Below the pieces are notes generated by a model. That model was not told the origin of the DNA. It did not search any database and saw only the letters and a list, made by a program, of their open reading frames with translations. Made by a program: the position numbers and the translations under genes. A stretch of DNA of 64,000 nt from an uncultured Alphaproteobacteria bacterium (GTDB taxonomy: Bacteria > Pseudomonadota > Alphaproteobacteria > HIMB59), in assembly GCA_902523135.1 (NCBI GenBank), contig CABYYB010000001.1, positions 69,044 to 133,043 on the forward strand, given 5' to 3'. Below are positions 46,726 through 56,158 of the stretch, piece after piece. How positions within the stretch are numbered: the stretch's first letter is position 1; every line of letters starts with the position of its first letter.

Positions 46726-48591
46726 ATGTATAAAGCAGGTACAATTAGCAGATACTTAAAAAGTCAAGCCTCCCTTGATCTATTAAGGTTTATCACTTGT
46801 GGATCTGTTGATGATGGTAAAAGTACATTAATTGGGAGGATGCTTTATGAATCTCAAATGATATTTGATGATCAAGTTGCTTCATTAAAAAACGACTCAA
46901 AAAAATATGGAACACAAGGTGAGAATATAGATTTTGCATTACTGGTCGATGGTTTATCAGCTGAGAGGGAACAAGGTATTACTATAGATGTTGCATATCG
47001 ATTTTTTTCAAGTAGCAAAAGAAAGTTTATTGTAGCAGATACACCAGGTCACGAGCAATATACTAGAAACATGGCGACTGGGGCCTCAACAGCTGAGTTA
47101 GCTATCTTACTTGTTGATGCCCGTAATGGCATACTTACACAAACTAAGAGACATTCTTTTATTGCATCTCTTCTTGGAATTAAAAATATTATCTTGGCAA
47201 TTAATAAAATGGATTTAGTTAACTATGATAAAAATATTTACAAAAAAATAAGCTCTGAATACGAATTTTTCTCAAAAAAATTAAATTTTGAAAATATTCA
47301 AAGTATTCCTATATCAGCACTTAAGGGAGATAATATTCACAAAAAATCTAAATACATGAAATGGTACAATGATAAAACCCTATTTGACTATTTAGAAACT
47401 ACAAAAACTAAAATACAAAGCTCAAACAGTTTTGTACTTCCTGTTCAAAGTGTCAATAGACCTAATTTGAATTTTAGAGGATATTCAGGAACCGTCGCTG
47501 AGGGAAAAATTAAAAAGGGTGATGAGTTAATTTCTCTTCCGTCAAATCGAAAAGTAAAAGTAAAAGATATTTTTGTAGGTGAAAGATCACTTAAAACTGC
47601 AAATTTAAAGCAAAGTGTTACACTTACCATAGACAAAGAGATAGATACCTCCAGGGGCGATATACTCTGCTCAAAAAACTCCACAATTGATATGGCTGAC
47701 CAATTTAACATGAATGTTATTTGGATGTCAGAGGATAAGGGTTTTACTGGAAGAACTTATTTAGCGAAAATTCATAATATCTCAACCAGTATTAAAATTA
47801 TGAACATAAAAAAAATATATGATGTAAATACGTTAGAATTTGCTGCTGGAAATGAACTTAAACTCAATGATGTTGCAGAAATTTCTATCTCATTTAATAA
47901 AGCTGTTCCCTTTTCGACTTTTAAAGAAAATAAAATTTTGGGATCTTTAATAATTATTGATCCAATTAATAATCAAACTATTGGAATGGGAATGATAAAC
48001 TTTTCTCTGCGTAGATCACAAAATATTCAACTTCAAAACTTAACCATTAATAAGAATTTAAGAGAGAAGATAAACGGTCATAAAGGTCAAGTGCTGTGGA
48101 TGACTGGTCTCTCGGGATCAGGAAAATCCACAATAGCTAATGAACTAGAAAAAATATTATACTCTCAAGGTAAAAAAACATACATTCTTGATGGAGACAA
48201 TATTCGACACGGATTAAATAAAGATTTAGGTTTTACAGACAAAGATAGAGTTGAAAATATAAGGCGAGTTGCAGAGGTTGCAAAACTTATGTGTGACGCT
48301 GGACTAATTGTGATCATTGCTTTTATATCACCATTTAGATTAGAAAGAGAAATGGCACGATCACTTTTTGAAAAAAATGATTTTAAAGAAATTTATATTT
48401 CTACTCCTTTAAAAGTAGCTGAAAAAAGAGATCCAAAGGGTTTATATAAAAGGGCAAGACAAGGTAAAATACCAAATTTCACAGGGATAGACAGTATCTA
48501 TGAAAAACCTATCAATCCTGACCTAGAAATTGATACCTCTAAAGTTTCTTTAAGTAAGGCTGTAAAAAAAATATTGAATATTATTAATTAA
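46726..48591 (+). CDS. cysNC: Bifunctional sulfate adenylyltransferase subunit 1 / APS kinase (CysN/CysC, NodQ-like)
   Basis: [27 protein letters not shown] and NKMD; C-terminal [16 protein letters not shown] and RDPKGLY. Confidence 0.95.
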   Translation: MYKAGTISRYLKSQASLDLLRFITCGSVDDGKSTLIGRMLYESQMIFDDQVASLKNDSKKYGTQGENIDFALLVDGLSAEREQGITIDVAYRFFSSSKRKFIVADTPGHEQYTRNMATGASTAELAILLVDARNGILTQTKRHSFIASLLGIKNIILAINKMDLVNYDKNIYKKISSEYEFFSKKLNFENIQSIPISALKGDNIHKKSKYMKWYNDKTLFDYLETTKTKIQSSNSFVLPVQSVNRPNLNFRGYSGTVAEGKIKKGDELISLPSNRKVKVKDIFVGERSLKTANLKQSVTLTIDKEIDTSRGDILCSKNSTIDMADQFNMNVIWMSEDKGFTGRTYLAKIHNISTSIKIMNIKKIYDVNTLEFAAGNELKLNDVAEISISFNKAVPFSTFKENKILGSLIIIDPINNQTIGMGMINFSLRRSQNIQLQNLTINKNLREKINGHKGQVLWMTGLSGSGKSTIANELEKILYSQGKKTYILDGDNIRHGLNKDLGFTDKDRVENIRRVAEVAKLMCDAGLIVIIAFISPFRLEREMARSLFEKNDFKEIYISTPLKVAEKRDPKGLYKRARQGKIPNFTGIDSIYEKPINPDLEIDTSKVSLSKAVKKILNIIN

Positions 48592-49024
48592 GTCGAATTT
48601 CCAATTGTTGAAATTTAGTCATATCAAAAACTATGTTTTCAAAAACAACATCTTCAAAATTTAAATCAGGGTTTAATGAAAACCCGAATGGTTCCAGAGG
48701 TTGACCTTTAAAATCTCTCGAAAATTCTCCATTTCCATCAGTATCTTGAAAGGCAAACAGGCCAATGTTGATATGTGGAAATGCTTTCAAATTAATCTGA
48801 TTAAATTTGTTTATATCCTGCTCTACAACAATAAAAAGAGGTACGGAATTTTCCTCAAAATAATATTTCCTATCATACCCTAGAATGTGAATTGGGCTTG
48901 AAGCATCAACAAAACCTGTGATTTTTGCTGTGAGATGATCTGAATATGAGGTTTTTATTACAAAAAAAGCCTGAAAAATCAGGAAATAAATGATCAATTT
49001 AATACTAGCCAGATAGCTGTGCAT
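48584..49024 (-). CDS. Exported protein, DUF2141-like
   Basis: Signal/TM segment and FQDTDGNG......G.P.EPFGFS.N motif. Confidence 0.65.
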   Translation of the reverse strand: MHSYLASIKLIIYFLIFQAFFVIKTSYSDHLTAKITGFVDASSPIHILGYDRKYYFEENSVPLFIVVEQDINKFNQINLKAFPHINIGLFAFQDTDGNGEFSRDFKGQPLEPFGFSLNPDLNFEDVVFENIVFDMTKFQQLEIRLN

Positions 49025-49202
49025 AACTTTTGAAAGATTAATGTATTTTTACAAAAGTTGTACAAACAATTTAATTGGATTTAAAACAAAAGAACAAACT
49101 ATAAAAAAAACTTGAAAAACATGGTTTTTTTTTTAATTAATTTGAAATGTCGTATCATCATTCTACAAATAAACTACATGCATAATGAATAACTGTGGAT
49201 AA
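49018..49202. promoter_or_regulatory. AT-rich region with DnaA boxes
   Basis: tgtgcataa (49018-49026) and perfect tgtggataa (49194-49202) flank A/T tracts. Confidence 0.35.
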
Positions 49203-49234
49203 CTCTGTTTAAAAGTATTAATTTATCCTTGGTT

Positions 49235-49525
49235 ATGAAAAAAGGATACATCATTGTGAGAGTTTCAATTCACAAAAATGAATTATTTCAAAAATATCCT
49301 CCTTTATCAACTGAAGTGATGAAAAAATATGGGGGTAAATACATAATTAGAGGTGGAAAAACTGAAGTTTTTGAAGGGGAATGGCCTGTAGACAGAACTA
49401 CAGTAGTAGAGTTTGAAAGTTTTGAAAGTGCTAAAAAATGTTATGAGTCTGTTGAATACTCAGAGGCTATGAAAATTAGGCAAAATAGTACAAAAAGTGA
49501 CCTCATATTAATAGAGGGATATTAA
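49235..49525 (+). CDS. DUF1330 family protein
   Basis: KYGGKYIIRGG...EG, VVEF.S...A...Y.S.EY and R; ATG at 49235. Confidence 0.85.
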   Translation: MKKGYIIVRVSIHKNELFQKYPPLSTEVMKKYGGKYIIRGGKTEVFEGEWPVDRTTVVEFESFESAKKCYESVEYSEAMKIRQNSTKSDLILIEGY

Positions 49526-49698
49526 TTCTTTTTAAAAAATTGATCGGCTAATTTAAGTTTGTCTTTTTTCTTTTTCAATAAAATCTCTAAGTTTTTGATT
49601 TCTAATTTATGATTGCCAATCATCTCCTCAATTTCTTCAACACTCAAATCATCTAAATCAATTGTTTTTGTTTTTTTTGGCTCTTCTTCATCAAACAT
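49522..49698 (-). CDS. DUF1192-like small coiled-coil protein
   Basis: MFDEE...DLDDLSVEEIEE.I.....EI...A..FFK; ATG at 49698 with SD. Confidence 0.75.
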   Translation of the reverse strand: MFDEEEPKKTKTIDLDDLSVEEIEEMIGNHKLEIKNLEILLKKKKDKLKLADQFFKKN

Positions 49699-50530
49699 TT
49701 GTTCTATATCCTTCCTTTGTCCAAATAATTGGAAAAAAACTTTCATCTAACTCATCTGTTTCTAATTTTTTATATTTTTTATAAATTCTCGCAGTACCTC
49801 CTGTGTTTGTGGGATGAAATTTTGAGTCAGAGGGAACGCAATGAGCAACTATTGCCCTTCTATTACTGTTTGTATTATTAATACCTGACCCATGCCATGT
49901 GTATCCATGATGAAATGCTACTCCACCTGCTGGAACTTCAACATATTGAATTTGAATTTCTTTATTTAATTTTGACGCGTATTCATTTAACTCTTTTTTA
50001 TAATCTCTTGGAGAATGAAATTGTCCCTTAGGAGGGCTCAATCCCCAAAGATGTGATCCTTTTACATATTCAAGTGTCCCTTTTTCTTTATCGACATTAT
50101 CGATGGGCATCCAACATGTCATCATAGTTTGTGGAACAACCCAATCATCATACGCAGCATCTTGGTGATAAGCTAAAGTTTTACCTCCAGGTGGTTTCCA
50201 TAAAACATTATCTTGTAAAAGTCTTGATCCACTCCAACCCATTAGTTCAGCACAAGCTTTTCCTAAAAATTCATTGCAAACTATTTCCTTTATTGAATTA
50301 TCTGATTTCCATGCATTACAAATTTGTCTAGTAACATCTTTGGGTCCACTTTCAAACTTCCAATTCCACTCGTCAGGTTCAATACCTGTTTCAAAGTTTC
50401 CATTAAATAAACTATGAAATCTCTCATACAATCGCTCAAAATGGGTCGTATCAAGAAAACTCTCAATAATCAAAAAACCATTTTTCTGAAAATCTTTTTT
50501 TTGATCTTCATTTAAAGAAATTTCTATCAT
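49691..50530 (-). CDS. PhyH-family Fe(II)/2-oxoglutarate dioxygenase
   Basis: F..NGF, KPPGG...YHQD, WMPID, HGSG.N and RRA. Confidence 0.88.
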   Translation of the reverse strand: MIEISLNEDQKKDFQKNGFLIIESFLDTTHFERLYERFHSLFNGNFETGIEPDEWNWKFESGPKDVTRQICNAWKSDNSIKEIVCNEFLGKACAELMGWSGSRLLQDNVLWKPPGGKTLAYHQDAAYDDWVVPQTMMTCWMPIDNVDKEKGTLEYVKGSHLWGLSPPKGQFHSPRDYKKELNEYASKLNKEIQIQYVEVPAGGVAFHHGYTWHGSGINNTNSNRRAIVAHCVPSDSKFHPTNTGGTARIYKKYKKLETDELDESFFPIIWTKEGYRTNV

Positions 50531-50618
50531 TTAAAAATTTTATTATCCTTTATGAAATATATTTTAGATTATCATTTAAATAAATTGACATTTTTGGTAG
50601 ATTTCTGATAATCCAATA

Positions 50619-50783
50619 ATGTCAAAAAAACTAATATTAATAATACTTTCTTCATTTTTTTTTATCACAAGTTGCGCAACTGTGAGCGAAAAAGCTAATG
50701 ACGCTTACGATACTGTAGCGGGTGCCGTATCTAAAGGTTACAACAAAGTTAAAGATACAGTAACCGGCGGCGACGACGATTAA
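50619..50783 (+). CDS. Small lipoprotein (54 aa, not in ORF track)
   Basis: MSKKLILIILSSFFFITSC-ATVSEKANDAYDTVAGAVSKGYNKVKDTVTGGDDD with lipobox ITSC; preceded by TTGACA-N16-GATAAT. Confidence 0.8.
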   Translation: MSKKLILIILSSFFFITSCATVSEKANDAYDTVAGAVSKGYNKVKDTVTGGDDD

Positions 50784-50836
50784 GTTTAGCGCTTTACAAG
50801 GCGTGTCCTTTGCTGAGCTCAAATTAATTTAATTTT

Positions 50837-51562
50837 ATGAAATTTATATCTCTCCAACATATTTCAATTGAGGATCCGGGGACGTTTAAAGATTTTCTTA
50901 TAGAAGATGGTCATAGTATAACAACTATCCAATTGGATGAGGGTGATAGTATTCCAAATAATTTACATGAATTTGACGCTATGCTTTGTATGGGTGGGCC
51001 TATGGATACATTTATGGAGGATCAATATCCATGGTTAGTAGCTGAAAAAAAAGCAATAGGTGAATATGTTTTAAACCTTAAGAAACCTTTTTTAGGGTTT
51101 TGCTTAGGATGTCAGCTTTTAGGTGAGGTATTAGGAGGAAAAGTAGTTGAGTCTAAACCACCTGAAATTGGCGTATTGGATATTAACATTGAAGCAAGTG
51201 CCAAAGAAGATCATATTTTTGATTTTCTTCCAAATAAAATAAAAGCATTGCAATGGCATTCTTATGAAGTGGTAGGTTTGGAGACTAACTCTAAAGTGAG
51301 AGTTATAGGTACCTCGCCCTCAACAAAATATCAAATATTTGGTTATGACAAGTATGCCTATGGAATTCAATTTCATTTAGAAATTCGAAAAACCACTGTT
51401 GATGATTGGGCTAAAGTTCCTGAATATAAAAATGCTCTCGAAAAATCACTCGGTGCTGATGCCTTACCTCAAATGAAAGATATGGTAGCTAAAGAAATTG
51501 ATACTATGATGATGCAATGCAACCAAATGTATAAAAATTTCGTTAAACTAACTAATAATTAG
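50837..51562 (+). CDS. Type 1 glutamine amidotransferase (GMP-synthase-like, stand-alone)
   Basis: QH...EDPG, MGGPM, GFCLGCQ, QWH and QFHLE. Confidence 0.88.
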   Translation: MKFISLQHISIEDPGTFKDFLIEDGHSITTIQLDEGDSIPNNLHEFDAMLCMGGPMDTFMEDQYPWLVAEKKAIGEYVLNLKKPFLGFCLGCQLLGEVLGGKVVESKPPEIGVLDINIEASAKEDHIFDFLPNKIKALQWHSYEVVGLETNSKVRVIGTSPSTKYQIFGYDKYAYGIQFHLEIRKTTVDDWAKVPEYKNALEKSLGADALPQMKDMVAKEIDTMMMQCNQMYKNFVKLTNN

Positions 51563-51583
51563 TTTTTTATAAACTTAATTTAG

Positions 51584-52621
51584 ATGCACAGAAGAAATTT
51601 TATAAAAAAGGTTATACTTTTTTCATTTTCCTTTGTAATTCTAAAGACAAAAATTATGGCAAACTCGCTCTTTAAACCTTTCAATCTAGTAGATGGGGTC
51701 TTTGTTAATAACTACGTTTCACATAAAAGTAGTTTCAAAGATTTTTGGAAATGGAGGAGGGAATCAAGTAAGCCAGAACCTATTTCGTTTCCTATTATTG
51801 AAAATGACCTTGAATATTTAAAATCTAATAAATCAAAAAAAACAATTACTTGGATTGGTCATTCAACTTTTTTAATACAAATTGATGGTGTAAATATATT
51901 AACTGACCCCCATTTTACAAAAAGAGCATCACCTCTGAGTTTTATGGGACCTGCAAGAACAACACCTCCTGGATTAAAAATTGAGGAATTGCCTTTTATT
52001 GACTTTGTTTTAATTTCTCATAACCACTACGATCATCTAGACTCAAAAACAATCCAACTTTTATTAAAAAAACAAAATGTAAATCAACCAAGATTTTTTG
52101 TGCCACTTAAATTGAGAGATATTTTATCAAAATTAGGTGCAAGAAATGTTATGGAACATGAATGGTGGCAAATGACACAGTTCAAAAATTTAGAAATTCA
52201 TTCTGTCCCAGTACAACATTGGAGCAAAAGAACATTTAACGATACCAATAAAACACTTTGGTGTGGTTGGGTTGTTAAAGCAAATAATTTTAAGTATTTT
52301 TTTGTAGGTGATACTGGATATTCAAAAGATTTTAAGGATATTCAAAAAAAGTTTGGATCGTTTGACTTATCAACAATTCCCATAGGGGCATATGCTCCAA
52401 GATGGTTTATGAAAGACTCGCATTGTAACGTTGAAGAAGCAATTCAAATTCACAAAGATGTTAAATCTAAAAAATCTATAGCTATGCATTGGGGGACATT
52501 TCAATTAACAGATGAACCTATGGATGAACCTATAAAATTACTCCAAGAACTAACTAAGCAGTTAAAGATAAGCAAAGATGAGTTTTCTTATATGACTCAC
52601 GGTCAAACAAAAAAAATTTAA
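51584..52621 (+). CDS. Tat-exported MBL-fold hydrolase (NAPE-PLD/RomA-like)
   Basis: HRRNFIK twin-arginine motif, WIGHST, ISHNHYDHLD, GDTGY, PIGAY and HWGTF. Confidence 0.88.
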   Translation: MHRRNFIKKVILFSFSFVILKTKIMANSLFKPFNLVDGVFVNNYVSHKSSFKDFWKWRRESSKPEPISFPIIENDLEYLKSNKSKKTITWIGHSTFLIQIDGVNILTDPHFTKRASPLSFMGPARTTPPGLKIEELPFIDFVLISHNHYDHLDSKTIQLLLKKQNVNQPRFFVPLKLRDILSKLGARNVMEHEWWQMTQFKNLEIHSVPVQHWSKRTFNDTNKTLWCGWVVKANNFKYFFVGDTGYSKDFKDIQKKFGSFDLSTIPIGAYAPRWFMKDSHCNVEEAIQIHKDVKSKKSIAMHWGTFQLTDEPMDEPIKLLQELTKQLKISKDEFSYMTHGQTKKI

Positions 52622-52794
52622 GTAAAATAATTATAGGCCTGATATGACAGCGTAATTACAATTACTATTAATGCCCATATACTTAAATTACTCAAAAACT
52701 GTTTAAGGGAAGAGTTTGTATCTAAAAAATGAGGTCCAACTAAAATCAGTAGACATATAAAATAGATAATAGGCATTATGATTTCAGCAGACAT
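52618..52794 (-). CDS. Small two-TM membrane protein (58 aa, not in ORF track)
   Basis: MSAEIIMPIIYFICLLILVGPHFLDTNSSLKQFLSNLSIWALIVIVITLSYQAYNYFT; TAATG coupling to the ion channel gene. Confidence 0.7.
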   Translation of the reverse strand: MSAEIIMPIIYFICLLILVGPHFLDTNSSLKQFLSNLSIWALIVIVITLSYQAYNYFT

Positions 52795-53576
52795 TATTGA
52801 TCTTTTTTTAGTTTATCTAAACTAATCTCCTCAGAAAATTGTTCATTTAACTTTTCAGCATTATTTCTGGTTTTTATCATATCATCCTTTTTTTCGTTCT
52901 GATTTACAACTACATCAACCAAAATTGCTATTAGAAGATTTAACATTGTAATAGCACAGACAATTATAAAACTAAAAAAATAAATCCATGCCCACCAATA
53001 AATATCTTGTAGAGGCAACATTACCTGTTCCCAAGATGATAATGTTAAAACTTGAAATAAAGTGATCATTGAAATCCCCACATCAGACCATCTCTCGGGT
53101 ATGCTATTTGAAAAGACTATTGCTCCAATAGTTGCATAAATATAGAGAATTATGAAAAGAAGCAAACTTACATAAAAAACTCTTTTTAACGATCCAATCA
53201 AAGACTCAATGATTAATTTTAACTCAGGAATAATAGATATAACTCTCAAAACTCTAAATACTCTTAATAATCTCAAAAGAAGAAAACTGGAGTTGTTAGG
53301 TATTGGTATTAATGAGACCAAAACAATAAATGTGTCAAAAATATTCCAACCATTTTTAAAAAAATTTGATTTTTTCGGCTCTCCTATAAAACGAATTGAA
53401 ATTTCTATTACAAAAAAAATAGTTATTAAATAATCAAGATATTTAATGAGCTCTCTTGAGAACTCTCCTAAATTGTAAGTATTTAAACCGATAGTAAATG
53501 CATTAAATATGATGATAAATAAAACTGAGTATTGAAATAACTTGCTTTCTCTGATTTTAAAAAAGGTATGTTTCAT
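52794..53576 (-). CDS. Voltage-gated cation channel, BacNav/NaChBac family
   Basis: WNIFD, S4 RLLRVFRVLRVI, pore LFQVLTLSSWE and S6 LNLLIAILV; likely start at ATG 53576. Confidence 0.9.
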   Translation of the reverse strand: MKHTFFKIRESKLFQYSVLFIIIFNAFTIGLNTYNLGEFSRELIKYLDYLITIFFVIEISIRFIGEPKKSNFFKNGWNIFDTFIVLVSLIPIPNNSSFLLLRLLRVFRVLRVISIIPELKLIIESLIGSLKRVFYVSLLLFIILYIYATIGAIVFSNSIPERWSDVGISMITLFQVLTLSSWEQVMLPLQDIYWWAWIYFFSFIIVCAITMLNLLIAILVDVVVNQNEKKDDMIKTRNNAEKLNEQFSEEISLDKLKKDQ

Positions 53577-53623
53577 ATTTTTTAAGAATTTATTATCCAA
53601 AAAAAGAGTATATAAATCAACCA

Positions 53624-53663
53624 ATGGTTCTGTGGTGAAACGGATATCACACTTGACTACGGA
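53624..53663 (+). repeat. attL-like direct repeat: 5' half of tRNA-Arg(ACG) up to the anticodon loop
   Basis: atggttctgtggtgaaacggatatcacacttgactacgga, identical to 56889-56928 (40 bp). Confidence 0.95.
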
Positions 53664-53755
53664 AAACACACAGATTGACAGCTTTTACATTAACCTTGTA
53701 AATAATAGATTTTACATTGGAACATCTGTTCAAAACTATGATTAGAAAATAAAAA

Positions 53756-53778
53756 TGCATCAAAAATGCATCATAAGT
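53756..53778 (+). repeat. Left arm-type repeat pair (TGCATCA x2, 11-bp period)
   Basis: tgcatcaaaaatgcatcataagt; aatgcatcataagt (53765-53778) recurs at 56816-56829. Confidence 0.8.
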
Positions 53779-54228
53779 CTAATCTAATTTTTCGAAAATT
53801 TTTTTTGGGTAATCAGTGTCTGCAATTTTAAAATTTAATTTCCCGTTACTACCCTTGATTGTATATTGCTCTCTTTTTAATCTAGATGCGGACACCCATT
53901 CTACATCTTCATAATATTCATCTAATATTTGTTTAAGCTCCTCATACTCAATGCAAGCAATTCCATCTCGACCACAAATAAGTATAAGGTATATATTTTC
54001 TAATAAGTCACGCATAATCTTCATCTCTTCCTGGTGCTCTTTGGTAAAAGAAAATCTCCAGGGGCTTATTTTTTTGGTAGAGAATTTTAGATAGAGTCCC
54101 ACTTTATCATTAATCATAAATGAATTATTTCCAGAAGTAGGGAATACATCTATTTTTATAGGTTTTCCTTTTCTTACTAATCTATTTAGAACAACTCCAT
54201 TGAAAAATTCATATTCATTAAGAGGCAT
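53779..54228 (-). CDS. Hypothetical protein (149 aa), possibly restriction-endonuclease-like fold
   Basis: Alpha/beta pattern with GLYLKFSTK, PWRFSF and LILICGRDG; fold assignment is inference. Confidence 0.7.
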   Translation of the reverse strand: MPLNEYEFFNGVVLNRLVRKGKPIKIDVFPTSGNNSFMINDKVGLYLKFSTKKISPWRFSFTKEHQEEMKIMRDLLENIYLILICGRDGIACIEYEELKQILDEYYEDVEWVSASRLKREQYTIKGSNGKLNFKIADTDYPKKIFEKLD

Positions 54229-54234
54229 TTTTTA

Positions 54235-54242
54235 ATTATATT
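54235..54242. promoter_or_regulatory. Overlapping divergent -10 elements (putative bidirectional leaderless promoter)
   Basis: - strand TATAAT-N6-ATG(54228); + strand TATATT-N5-ATG(54248). Confidence 0.55.
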
Positions 54243-54247
54243 AGATT

Positions 54248-56158
54248 ATGGTTTTTAATCCAAATGATTACATAAACTTTGAGCAAGATAGATACGATAA
54301 ATATTTACAATCTCTTAAATTCGATACAAGTTTTATTGAAAAAACAGTAACAAAATCAATCAATAATTTAGTAAATGAAGATTGTAAGTCCTTTGTTATA
54401 TATGGAGAACCTCAAAGCGGTAAAACTTCAATGATGGTCGCTTTGACAGCAAAATTATTAGATGAAGGATATAGATTTATAATTGTATTGGTGCAAGACA
54501 ATTTAACTCTTGAGCAACAAAATCTTAGACGATTTGAAGAGAGTGAAATTAATCCAAGCCCAAAATCATTTTACGACATTTTACAACCCGAAGTTAATAT
54601 TAAAGAGGGAGAGTTTATAGTATTTTGCAAAAAAAATTCATCGAACCTCTTAAAACTTTTAAAAAGAACTGACAATATACCTAATAAAGTCATAATCGAT
54701 GATGAAGCAGACTATGCCTCGCCAAATTCTAAAATTAATAGAGCTGACAAAGATGGAATAAAAGAACGAACAAGAATAAATGAACGAATTTATAAACTTT
54801 TAGGTAAAACTGGTGTTTTTATTGGTGTTACTGCAACCCCTGCTCGTTTAGATTTAAATAATACCTTTACTAATGAGCATCATATGTGGACATATTTTGA
54901 ACCACACACTAATTACAAAGGACAAGATTTCTTTTTCCCATTAAAGCCAAAAGAAAATCCTCCAAAATATAATCTTCATTTCTTAAAAGAAGAGTCTTCT
55001 AATGAAGGTGGGGAGCTTAGAAATGCAATTTATAGATTTTTAGTTAATGCCAGCTTTGTTAATCTTTATATAAATGAGCCTCATTCGGGCAATTTGAAAA
55101 ATTATATCATGCTCATACATACCAGTGTTAAAATGAGCGACCATAAAGAGGACAGAAAGGTTGCTGAAATTCTTTTTAGTGACCTTAAAAACAAAAAATC
55201 ACAAAAATTTTTTAAGCATTTAAAAAAAATTCATGAAATAGCCTATAAAAAAACTAGAGATGACAAAAGAGCTAAAGAAATAACAAAATTTATTGCTAAA
55301 AATGGTGACAGAAATTTAATCGGGGTTCTTAATAGTGATAAAGACAATAAAACAGTAATAGACATAACTAAGTTTTCTGAAAAGCCGTCAACATTATTTA
55401 CTATATCTATAGGTGGAAATGTAATCTCAAGAGGTGTTACTTTTGATAATTTATTAGGTATGTATTTTACACGGGGCGTAAAAACTCTAATGCAACAAGA
55501 TACATATATCCAGAGAGCTAGAATGTTTGGAAATAGAGGTGAGGATATTCAACATTTTGAACTTACCATACCTGAACAACTTTATCAGCAATGGTGGACT
55601 TGTTTCTTTTTACATAGACTTTCATATCAATCTGCTATGGCTGGACAACATCCAGTATGGTTGGAAGGTGCAGGTACAAGAGCTGTTGCACCTTCAAGTG
55701 TGGATAGAGCTCATGTGAGAGTAGATAAAGGGACAATGAGTTTTGAAAAAGTGAAATATAATAAAATATTAGATGAAATTCTAAATACATCTGCGAGAAT
55801 TAATGACAAAAGAAGACATCAAGACTTACTCTATAAAATTTCTGAGTGTATGCCTGATGATTTTGTTCCAAAGCATGTCTTAGATTTTATAGAGACAGAA
55901 TCTCAAAATGAGGATTTTGCAGTAGCTATTCACAATACAGTAAATATAGAGAAATATGCAGACGCTGAATATGATACTATTTATCGTGCAAGAAGTTTTT
56001 TTGGTGCTAATGATTACAGCACCTACCCATTAGCAAGACATCACTTTAAAATTCTTAAAAATCAAAAAGGATACTGCAGAATGATTTATAATTTTAGACA
56101 TGGGAAAGTATCTTTTTTAAAAAATAAAAGAATTAACGACTTAAGAGAAATAATTTAA
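54248..56158 (+). CDS. Z1-domain SF2 helicase-like protein
   Basis: Walker A GEPQSGKT, IIDDEADYAS, TATP, MLIHTS and IGGNVISRGVTF...YFTR...DTYIQRARMFG.R, characteristic of Z1 proteins. Confidence 0.85.
   Translation: MVFNPNDYINFEQDRYDKYLQSLKFDTSFIEKTVTKSINNLVNEDCKSFVIYGEPQSGKTSMMVALTAKLLDEGYRFIIVLVQDNLTLEQQNLRRFEESEINPSPKSFYDILQPEVNIKEGEFIVFCKKNSSNLLKLLKRTDNIPNKVIIDDEADYASPNSKINRADKDGIKERTRINERIYKLLGKTGVFIGVTATPARLDLNNTFTNEHHMWTYFEPHTNYKGQDFFFPLKPKENPPKYNLHFLKEESSNEGGELRNAIYRFLVNASFVNLYINEPHSGNLKNYIMLIHTSVKMSDHKEDRKVAEILFSDLKNKKSQKFFKHLKKIHEIAYKKTRDDKRAKEITKFIAKNGDRNLIGVLNSDKDNKTVIDITKFSEKPSTLFTISIGGNVISRGVTFDNLLGMYFTRGVKTLMQQDTYIQRARMFGNRGEDIQHFELTIPEQLYQQWWTCFFLHRLSYQSAMAGQHPVWLEGAGTRAVAPSSVDRAHVRVDKGTMSFEKVKYNKILDEILNTSARINDKRRHQDLLYKISECMPDDFVPKHVLDFIETESQNEDFAVAIHNTVNIEKYADAEYDTIYRARSFFGANDYSTYPLARHHFKILKNQKGYCRMIYNFRHGKVSFLKNKRINDLREII

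Noticed and set aside
53577-53669. N-terminal extension of the ion channel ORF in the track
   Set aside because: It runs antisense through the tRNA-half repeat. ATG at 53576 gives a normal-length channel.
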